Shown: in pieces, positions 53,544 to 64,000 of the stretch
How positions within the stretch are numbered: position 1 is the first letter of the stretch
How the letters are laid out: every line of letters starts with the position of its first letter
Position numbers and translations under genes: made by a program
Source of the DNA: Cycas panzhihuaensis
Taxonomy: Eukaryota; Plantae; Cycadophyta
Length of the DNA stretch: 64,000 nucleotides
Direction of reading: 5' to 3'
Assembly (NCBI GenBank): GCA_023213395.1
Contig: CM041465.1
Span: 185,325,741-185,389,740, forward strand
The notes under the pieces: model-generated
What the model was told of the DNA's origin: nothing
Database searches by the model: none
What the model saw: only the letters and a program-made list of their open reading frames with translations

Positions 53544-56500
53544 TTTTTCAATAGTTTGAGAGTTCGGTAGAAGTATCTGCGAAGGTAGTTACAAGTTAAA
53601 ATAAAATATTATGGAGAACAGAAAATGATATATTTATTATTACTTTTTAATAGATTTTTTCTTCTTTTTGATGCAATGAAGATTCTTAAATGTAAAGAAT
53701 TGAAATGTTAATATATGCTATTGTTTTGACATCTTAAAATAAATATGATAGATTATTATAAATTTTTTGTATTTATAGGTTTTTTAATTTTTTGAAGACA
53801 TGTATATATACCAAAGAAAAGGATAGAGCAAAAATGAAACATGGAAATTATATTTAAAATATATTATAAAAAAGCACATATAAAAGTGGTAGTTTTTAAA
53901 AATAGATACAAAAATAATATTAATTATTAAAACAAAATGTTTGCATACTTATACCTATAGATATATCATCGTAGAAACTCCCATTAGTAAATTATACAAG
54001 AATAAAATAATCACATAACATTATCTAAAATTCACAACATAAATTAACCAATGCAAGCTTTCTTTGATAGTGGAGACGTGTTAGGGCAAGGTTTTTTCTT
54101 TTCTGATTCCTATTCAACAATTATGGACCTAAGAACATCTTTGGCATTCTCAACAATAAGGGAAATGGAAGAAACTACTGGAAGAATGGTAGTTATATGT
54201 GGAGAAAGGGCTAAAGTTGTAGAAAACCCTCTTGAGCCAATAAATGATGATAGTAAACTTGGGAAGCCATAATAACACAAGTGGAACAAGAAGGTGACTT
54301 ATAATGATAAACAAGTATTACTCACCCAATTGAAAGACAACCATGACCATAGCCTTGAGATGTTGATGTAATTGATGCGGGTAGAAAAATAAAGTTGTTT
54401 GTATCTAGAAAAGAAGAAACATACTTATAGAGCTTCTAGACCACATCTGTAACTAAAGTATTTTCTTCAAGCAACGCCTTTATCTATAGAACAAGAGAAA
54501 GCACCAACTCAAAAGTAAAATTTGAAACTAAAAGAGATTCTATAACTTCATAAAAGATGCAATTATAGGTCTTCCATAGGTGCCAGAAAATTTTTGCTCT
54601 AAGAATGTACTATGTTGAAAGTTATAATATAACCACTAAAATTTATAATACGAGTATGTTAATCTCAAATATGAAATCTATTTTCATAAATTTAATTATT
54701 TATACCTTTAAAATTGTAGATATATGATAAAACTTTAATTAGCCAAGGCCATGCTATAATACTATTTCTGGTAGATATGATGAAATTGCTCATTGATTTA
54801 AATAATAAATAATAATATAAATACTTGAGTATTACTAAATATAAAAATATAGAAGCAAAATAATATTAATAATCACTCTAAATTATATTCAAATGAAGAT
54901 GCATTAATATGATAGGAAATATTAAAAAGCATAATAAAATATAATAATAGAAAATATAATAATTTTATAATAAAATGAAATAACATCTAATAATGAAACT
55001 TATTTTGATTATAAAGCTTTTAATAGAATTTTCTCAAAAGTTTATCTATCTTTGAGATAAAAGAGGCTCTAAAAATAATCTCGCATCTCGAGGTAGTGAA
55101 AAGACCAAATAAACTTCAAAGTTTAATCTCCTAAATGACCCCAACCACAACTTACATATAGTTGTATGTCTAATTCCTGCTAAAATTCTATAATATCTTA
55201 AGATATGGTTAACCCTAAGTCTACTTTAAGTGAAATCAACCTCTAATAATCTGTCTTTAGGACCATAAACTTTAAACTAGTATAACTTGTATATATAAAA
55301 TTTATTTGGGACCTAGAACTGTTATTTTCAAAGCTAATGAGAAGTTTTATATTAGAATTAATGTTTATGTCATGGGTCCTAATAATTAGTGGTAAGTTAT
55401 GAAAATATTTGGTGACTCGTAGGGTCATTATTAAATGTAATGACATATGTCAAAGTAGTTATAAATAATTCATTGACTATTACTGATTTCAAATTGTACA
55501 TAAATGTATAGTAATAGATACAGTATTTACCAAACATTCTTAATGAATGAAAAAAACTTTTGAAGATAGACCAATTCTACCTAATCTTTCTAGTATATTC
55601 GCATTTCAATCTTAGTTAATTTACTCATATTGGGTATTGGATCCAAGCTACAAGGAGCTAGTTTTGAACATATAGCAAAGTAATGTTGACGTTTGAGTTT
55701 TAGAACTACTTCAACAAATTCAAAGTAGCTTTTTTAAGCAACATATACTGTAAAAATGAAAAAAAAAAAAAATCAATTCTGAAAAAATTATGGTTTCTAG
55801 AGTGTTCTATAATGAAATTTAGTACTTTTCAATGATTTTCATAATTTTTTTAGCAGTGTGTTTGTTCCTTATTTATGACTAAAAATAGATTAAAAGTATC
55901 TCTTGGGCTACGTTCACTTTTTATTCGATAAAAATAAAAATATTAAATCTTTGAGATGAAGATGAACCCTGTGATTTCAATTTTTTTCCTTGATGGATTA
56001 TGTGTTTAATGGTACTGATTTAAGGCACATACAAAAATTTAAAATATATGTGGGCTATAAATCTATATCTTTGAACAATTTTTAAATTGTAGTGGATTTC
56101 AAATGGAAAACCTAGTAGGTTTTAGAGCAAGTTTAAGTAAGGTTTTAGTTCTGCACATGTCACTAAAGTTTGAATATCATTCATGGTGGGTTTAAGCTCA
56201 TTATGTTTCAAAATAAAGATGTTAGGTAATAAATCTAGTCCATGCTTATTCATGGGTTTTGTTTAGATCACAAATTTCAAACGTAAAAGCTTAAATGTGA
56301 AAATGGCAGATAGACAAGAATGCTTGAATCTTAAAAAAATCCAACTAGAGAACAAATCAGAAAATAAGCAAGATGAGAAGCTTATTGCCAGCTAAAGGAA
56401 GTAGAAATGTTTGAGTGGGTTTCACAAATATTAGCTACTCACTAATCAGACAGACGTAACATAAAGCAAACTGCCATAATCAAATGTAGGTAAGGTGATA

Positions 56501-57027
56501 AACCAAAGATGAAATGCAACTTAAGATAGACATACAAAGATTAATATCATTTGATAAGCGTTGAAGATCATATAACATAGAGATTAAATGAAGAAAGAAT
56601 GGCAACATTTAATAAGAAAGAATGCTTGGGTTTAGATGATTTAAGGATAAATATTGATCAAAGTTGAGTCACCTAATCAAGGAGAAGATTAGTTGATAGG
56701 ATTTATAAATCAATTAAAACTAACAAAATCATTAAAAACTACAGAGATCAATTATTATTCAAAAAGTTTGAGAAACTTTGATTTTTTCTTTTTTTATTTT
56801 AAAAGATTACTTTTATAATATTTAGTCACATTTAATTATTTTTTATATTTTCTTAGGTTCAATTATAGTCCCCCTTTTTGGATACCCCTAATGACATGGA
56901 CTGTTAGGGTGTTAAAGCCATTTCTAGCTTCTTTAGCAGTTCTTTTTAAATTTTAAAATAACAGTAATGTATGAAATTTGATCCTCTATCATTCTACAAA
57001 GGTTATATAAGAAATTCTTAGCTCTTT

Positions 57028-60000
57028 TGTTAGAAATAATGTTTAATGTGTAATGTATGTGGGTCCTAGGATAATAAGTGATAGTCCTAAGTCTTAGGGT
57101 CAAAAGGTCATTATAATACTATGTAAAAAGATATAAGTTTATTGGTCAAGTTTGTGGTATAATACTATTGGTCAGGACAAAGGTATTTGTCCCACATGCA
57201 CCACTTGGGATGTATAGTCTCCCACCTCTTTGGTATATAAAGGTGGTTGAGGTAGTATGTAAACACATCACATCATCAAGGCTCACCTTGAGTCCTTGGT
57301 GCTTTTGGTATGGTAATCTATTCGATTATATTGTGTGATTCTCCGGATGTTGATATTGTTCTTATGGTTGAATGTTCTCCATGTTAAAATCTCAACATGG
57401 TATCGGAAGCGAGGTTGTGTGCGTTGAGAACATTGAAGTGTTGGGTCTGCGCCGATTGAGGATTCGAGTTGGAAAGAGATTGAGAGAGGAGAAGTTTTCA
57501 AACAAGAGGTGCGACCATCAAGTCATCAAGTCATCGCTAGATTGGACATCGAATTGAAAGATAAGTCTCAAGACCACTGGCGATCTGAATCAAGAATTTT
57601 ACCCGGTAAACCTATTCCTTTTTCCTTGTCTCTCGTGTCTAGCATTATTGGAGAAAATCATATATAGGGTTTACTCATTATAGGCCTAAAGTGCGTATAA
57701 CTTAGATGATATAAGGCAAAAGGAAGGTTATCATCAATAAAGATTTTAGGTGTATTAATATGAAGCACCGTAGTAAGAAAAGACAAGAGTAGCATGAAAA
57801 AAAGCTCCTTGCATGTCGGTGATGCCCGGATTGCAAGAGCGCCACAGTACATGAAGAATCCTCATTCTTGAACTTCGAAATGTTCTTCATGTTTGATGTG
57901 CAAAGTGATGATAATTTGTTTTCTGAGTGTACTCAAGAGAACAAATGCATTGAGGCACCAAGTTACTGACAGATCTCTACTAAAATATCTACAAGGTTAT
58001 AATGTGAATGGTTGCCCATAACGGAAGCTCCGTGAAAAGAGAACTACATGAAGCCAACCTCCCTCATTATCGATGCCTTTATTCATCTTAAACAAACTGC
58101 TGTGCATCACGGTCTATAGAGTGCGAGTGACATACGTAGAAGCCATGCGGCTCCACAAGAATCGGATGCATGTCCAATGATAGGGACTAAAGCACAATAA
58201 ATAACAAGAACAAGACTGTTTTGCCATTGTAGATGATGTATAAAGGACTCTTCACAAAGATTCTCCTCGTAGATTTGGGAATTTATTTTGAATGTTGTGC
58301 CTTGGCTATCTGGTACTTCACCATCCACTCCAAATTACGATTAATGAGAAGTATGGTGAGAATACACGTGTCACTGCAGATCCGAAATAGATCCAGCGCT
58401 CGGCGGAGACTTGTGAGCAGTCTATTGAGATGTCAATATTAAGATCAACTCACCTTTGAGATAGGTGTAACAAGTGAACCTGTGGAGGTGAAATGCTAGG
58501 AAGGTGGCACGAAGAGCCCATAGCAAATCAATTGAAGATCCCGAGGGCCTTGAGACGAGTTCTGAGCTAGAACTGCGGTTAGAAGAAGCTCTCTGCGAGG
58601 TGTTGAAGGAGATCGATAAGGACATCGTGTTGTGGAACCGTCAGATATTCCTTCCATTCTTCTAACCCTAGTGTTTGACGCAGTAGCCTTTGTTGTATTC
58701 TGCTTTTTTGGGGTTCTTCGTCTCACCCAGGCGCGGAGAGGAGAGCCAGGGTTTGTGGATTTAAGCTTGATCTACAGTTGGAAGTGGCGGTCGAGGTTAG
58801 AATCGTTAGATCGTAAACGGCTTGCTGTCCTTATTATCAGCCGGTACATTGTAGCCTGTTCTTTTGCCGAATCTGAGGCTGAAGCATTTTAGTTTGCTAC
58901 TGGCGTTGACGTACACGGTGATTTTTGGGGCTTGTTGAATATATATCACGACGCCTTGTGGAGTTTGCAAGCCACCGTTGTGATTTCAAATACTCTGAGA
59001 AGGCTCCACAGATCGTGAGTGTGAAAACAGGTCCTCGTGAATTCGGTAGAGGTAGAGCCTGTATTAAATCTGGGTGGTTATCTGTGAATGTAATGATTTA
59101 CAGAGAGGCTGGGAATGTAGGTTTTGTCCAGCAGCAATAAGATGTTTTAGGTCTGACATTGAATGTCCCGAGAAAGCTATCTCATTGCGTGATTCCAAAG
59201 CCACCGCCTTGTGGTTGTGTTGACACAGGCAATATTCCCGGTTTTTGAGGCTCTCGGATAGAGTGCTAACATTGACCATTGCATTTGTGGTTTTGAGACG
59301 TTGGTGCAAGCGGGCGGTTTGGGATGGTTGTTACCACATGCATGCTTTCGATTTGGTGATCACGGGCCTTACGACCTCCGGGAAACTTCAAGGTTCCAAT
59401 ACTTGCGGCCCTATGGCATTATGGTGCTACTGATTTGTGAGCTCGGTGCTTTCAAGAGTTATAAGGACCCAAGCCTAAAAGCTTAGGGTTGGGCCGTAGC
59501 ATTTGTGTTTATGATGCATTGCCCTTGCGACCTCTAGAGTCCGGTATATGCCATATGTGCTTTATAATGTGATTTCACTATTTAGGGTACTGGAATCGGG
59601 AGTTTGAAACCTCAGACGGGAAGAGTGGGTCTTGGGCTGGGATCACGCTCTTTTGTTGTATTCTTGATATCTGTTATCTTGAATGGTTTTGCATCATTAT
59701 CTCTTGCCACTTGCATCAAAAGTGGTAGTCTCAGGCCCATGTGGAGTAATGCAGCTGTGGAAACCTGCGCCTCCTAAGGGGTCACCACATCCTTAAGCTC
59801 TTTGTCTGAATCTGTTCAAGTCACAGAGTTGAAGCAGGAATCATCAACCCACGCGTCATTCTGTAAGTGTATCGACCGTAGTGAATTACATTTTGAAGGC
59901 GTGTCATTGGCGAGTTGATCCTGAGCGAGTTGGTGCGGTCCTCTCATTGATCTGGTTGTGGAGGTAGCTCTTGGTATCATCGGTGAAATCAAGGTCACAG

Positions 60001-61984
60001 TCTATGGCTCTCATGTACAGCCAATAGGATGTGATAGCAGGAAATTTCTTAAATTATCTTTCATGTGGTCAATAAAACATCTGGATAGGAAACAACGGCA
60101 TGGTTTGTGGTTAATGTAGACTGTTCCTTTTGAAGATCTAAAACTCGGAAAATTTGATATTTTTTCATACATCATGGAGTTGAGTGACGCCATAGTTTTT
60201 GTGCCTGAGAAAAATGAATATTGGCTGTCAGATCTTTGTTTTCCTCTGCCCAAATACACTGGAACTAATTTTCGTTTTTGGAAAATCAAGATGGAAAGTC
60301 TATTTATAGTCAAGAAACTTTGGGAAACAGTCATGGGGACTGAAACGGCTCATGAAGAAGGGGAGGAAACCTTCAAAAGGAAGAACAGAATTGTTGTTGA
60401 CGTGATACTTGCAGCCATTGATAAGGATGACCTCCCATCTTCCTATCACTTCATTATCCAGGCTCTGTAATATGGACTCGGTGAGGATGCTTGGAAACTC
60501 TTGTAAGTGAATGAAAAGGACACGAAGAAATGCAAAGAAGAGAATCAAGAGGGCAAAGAATCAAAGGAAGAAGTTGAAGAGGAAAGAAAAAAGGGAAAAG
60601 CAGTGTGACAAAACAATGATTCCATCAAATACCTTAAGTCTCATCGAGGAACCATTTCTGAGGTCAAGATTTCGGCATCACTCTTTGCCGATAACATTCG
60701 TGGAGACATGAGTTGCCTAATAAAAGGTATGGATAATGTTATCCTAGTTTACGTTGAAAAGTTGATAGGAAGAATTCAAACGGTGACAGGTCATACAGTA
60801 ATTGGCATATATTGGAAAATATTCATGATCTCCCTCAACTCAGTTACATTTTCCACTCTCATCCTTGAGAAGATCAAAATTATAGCAGCATATCCTAGAG
60901 CGGCACTAGAAAGTTGTTTTCAAAGGAACATAAGGAGGATATCATGTCATCAGGTTCTTGCTTATCAGATTCATATCACCTTTTGATTGGTCATCCGACT
61001 ATGAAAGTCAATTAAATTGAAATAATGTTCCATGTGTGCATATCTATAATCAGGAAGTATATGCATGTGAGTATCATAAAAATACTGTTATACTTAGTTC
61101 ATGGAATTCCTTGAGCGACACGGAGAAAGCAAAGTACATCACACAGTTACAAGAACTCTACTCAATAAATCCATTCCCTCGGGGAGGATAGTGATGATGT
61201 TTCATTGCTATATTTGGATAACGATGATATTGCTAATATCTATTTTAAACAGTGATAGATGTCTTTGATGAGTACATGCGGGATCATGTGCAATTAGCCA
61301 TCATCCACCACTTGTTTAGCAGGTCAAAGGATTCTCAACTATGTATGAAGTCGAAAGAAGCAAAGCTCGAAGATCGTCAGTTCAAAGGACAGCTTCAGAA
61401 AGGACACTACAACGTTGAAGACCAAGACCATGCCCAAGACACGGTGTTCAAGACTTTTCCAAGGTCAAGGCGATGGAGATTCAAAGAAGGCAAAGTGTAT
61501 TAGAGTCTGTTGATAGCCATGTCAGTCTTGTCATGTCTATAGTCTCAAATTCATGTCAGGTGTCAATGCATGTCGAATTGTCATTTGTTCAAACATTAAA
61601 CATTAAGGGGAGGTGTTAGAAATAATGTTTAATGTGTAATGTATGTGGGTCCTAGGATAATAAGTGATAGTCCTAAGGCCTAGGGTCAAAAGGTCATTAT
61701 AATACTATGTAAAAGGATATAAGTTTATTGGGCAAGTTTGTGGTATAATGTTACCGTCGTGACAAAGGTATTTGACCCACATGCACCACTTGGGATGTAT
61801 AGTCTCCCACCTCTTTGGTATATAAAGGTGGTTGAGGTAGTATGTAAACACATCACAGCAACAAGGCTCGCCCTGAGTCCTTGGTGCATTTGGTATGGTA
61901 ATCTATTCTCGATTATATTGTGTGATTCTCCGGATGTTGATATTGTTCTTATGGTTGAATGTTCTCCATGTTAAAATCTCAACA
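57028..61984 (+). mobile_element. Non-autonomous Copia-derived LTR element, gag-only (TR-GAG-like)
   Basis: ~370-bp LTRs 57028-57397 and 61614-61984; TSD TCTTT; PBS tggtatcggaagc 57398-57410; PPT aaggggagg 61605-61613; no PR/INT/RT/RH motifs seen. Confidence 0.93.
60174..60620 (+). pseudogene. Copia gag N-terminal fragment (DUF4219/UBN2-like) followed by a K/R/E-rich tract
   Basis: LPKYTGTNFRFWKIKMESLFIVKKLWETVMG...VILAAID; after a frameshift EDAWKLL. Confidence 0.8.
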
Positions 61985-62048
61985 TCTTTATGTAGTGTTT
62001 GTGACTTTTCTTCATTTTTCCAATGCTATATCAAGTGACCAAAGTTTC

Positions 62049-62103
<55 letters not shown>
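62049..62103. repeat. (TA)n(TG)n microsatellite
   Basis: Directly visible. Confidence 0.95.
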
Positions 62104-62105
<2 letters not shown>

Positions 62106-62462
62106 ATGTGTTATATGCTAGGGCTATTTAACACCTACTTTTATGTGTAATTTTTAAATTTTTTTTCTATGTAATCATGCACATAATGTTAGGTGGGAAT
62201 TCCTTCAACTTCCAAATAGATAAATCAGTCATCATTGAAAACTATAGTACTTAGAGGCTCCAAATAACTAATTTGTTATAAATGAATAAGTTATGGTAGA
62301 TAGTATAGGGTAAGGTACCTATATCAAATGAAAAAATTCCTATTAATTATGAAAAGAGTATCAAGGAAAAAGAGATTTTACTTTATGATCAATTAGTATG
62401 TCTATTATGGGAGCTCTAGTGGAAAATGTTAGAAAAGCTAGAAAACCTAAGGAAGCATGGAA

Positions 62463-63147
62463 TGTTATTATATTTAAATTTAGTATTAGGATAATGCCCA
62501 CATTGGGGCCATTCCCAAATCCTTTCATCAGATAATGGCAGCATCATTTATGATGTTTATCAACACTAGGCAGTGATAGACCTTGAGTCATATGCTAATG
62601 CAATCTTAATCTTACCTATTTATTTATAGGGTCTATAGACCCTAGTGTTCATAAGCACTACCATTTCCTCTCAGATTATTTGTACTCTCTCTTTAGTCCA
62701 TTTATTTTATTCTCTTATTTTCTATATTTGGTATCAAAGCATTTTGGGCATTAGTTTGTTTGTTTGTACAAATCCTAAAGATTGTATTGAAAGCTAAACT
62801 TTATTTATTTTACGGTTCACATATTTGCTTATAAAATTTATCAATTACATCTATAATTATATGTCTACTATCCTTATGCATTAAATCAATAATTATTTAC
62901 TGAAAAAAATCTAATCATCCTTGGTAGCATGGTGTTAGTGTGCTTTCTTAGTGAGTAGTGTTCGCCCATTCATTGTATTTGTATCTATGATCTAAATTGC
63001 ATTTGATGTTATATTTCAAAAAAAAAAACATTAGTCTCTATTTATTTGGGTATGCAAATATTAGTCTTTTACTAGGTATTATTTATTTTTTTGGCTTTTC
63101 TACCTTTGTGGGAGGTCAAGTCTATTTATCCATTTGGGATCTACCAT
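62463..63147 (+). mobile_element. Probable LTR (~62463-62726) plus PBS and start of leader of another element
   Basis: tggtatcaaagc at 62729-62740 after ...ttctata; LTR start inferred from TGTTA at 62463. Confidence 0.45.
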
Positions 63148-64000
63148 TGTTATTGGGTGTAATACCTAATTACATAATTATTCATACCTACACTCTCTTT
63201 ACATTTATTTTTATTATTATATTTGAGGTTGTGTGACACATAGATATGTGTGATACCTCCAAGATTGACCCATAAGGGCTTTATCATTAATGGTGACATT
63301 GTAGTATAAGTATGTACATCATTCTTCATTCTAATTGAGGTTTGACCATTCTTCCATCTCTTATGACATATTTCATCTTCCTTGAACTTCATTGTTGTAT
63401 CATTCATTCACCATCATATTTCAATTCTTGTATGCATAGCATATCATTTTTCTAACATGGTATCAGAGCTTTGTATATCATTTTTCTAACATGGTATCAG
63501 AGCCCAAGGTTTGAATCCTTAAGGGCAGCATTTTAGAGCCTTTGTACATTTATTTCTTTCAAAATTTTTTAGATCCTTGTTAATTTTTTTAAGGAACCTA
63601 TATTATGCCTGATTAGTGATATATTCTTATTTATTTTCAAGATATTTGAAACAAAATTTTGTTGCATTTTTTAGGACTATTGTCATTATCTTTTGAGGTA
63701 TATTTGAGATTGTTTCATCATACTTTTCGGCCACTATTAAGGGGCTATTTTGATGTTGTTACAAGGCTATTTTAAAGTCTATTTTGGAGTATTTTTGAAT
63801 CTATTTGAAGCCTATTTTAAGTTGCTCATAGTGGATAATTCTTTATGCATGTGGTACTAAAATAATATTGCATGTAGGTTCTTTATAGTGAAGTCCATAG
63901 TTAAAAGAAATATTACTTCTTTTGTGCGTATTCCAATTACTGTATAACTATCTCCTTTGCATGTTAGTAGATAGATTGCAATAGGAATTATTGACAATAG
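63148..64000 (+). mobile_element. 5' end of an LTR element (LTR ~63148-63457, duplicated PBS, T-rich leader)
   Basis: ...ctaaca followed by tggtatcagagc at 63458 and again at 63492; TGTTA at 63148. Confidence 0.7.

Noticed and set aside
58205-58345. NB-ARC kinase-2-like KNKTVL/IVDDV*
   Set aside because: Needs a frameshift and a stop; no P-loop or GLPL at proper spacing

Overview
AT-rich land-plant nuclear DNA made almost entirely of nested, decayed retrotransposons, with one host gene. Left nest: a minus-strand Copia relic (~6462-11005) was hit by a minus-strand LTR element (1-~6461), which was hit by a full-length plus-strand Copia (279-5581, TSD AATAG). Centre: a very large non-chromovirus Tat/Ogre-like Gypsy (~11005-46641). 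It has a decayed antisense Plant Mobile Domain ORF and hosts a solo LTR (16940-17559), a non-autonomous LTR element (26312-29048) and a Copia (31497-45982, TSD ATATT). That Copia in turn carries a full-length L1 LINE with RNase H (39215-45310). Right: a two-exon LEA_3-family gene (53543-52302, minus), a pol-less gag-only LTR element with a gene-like mosaic interior (57028-61984, TSD TCTTT), and further LTR/PBS starts. The most unusual signal is a ~430-nt non-coding module with apparent base-paired stems. It sits just upstream of the gag ATG in the multi-kb leaders of two Copia elements with dissimilar gag and LTR sequences (8941-9365 minus; 34720-35150 plus), and is a candidate structured cis-RNA. 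All calls come from manual reading and translation; no database searches were run.
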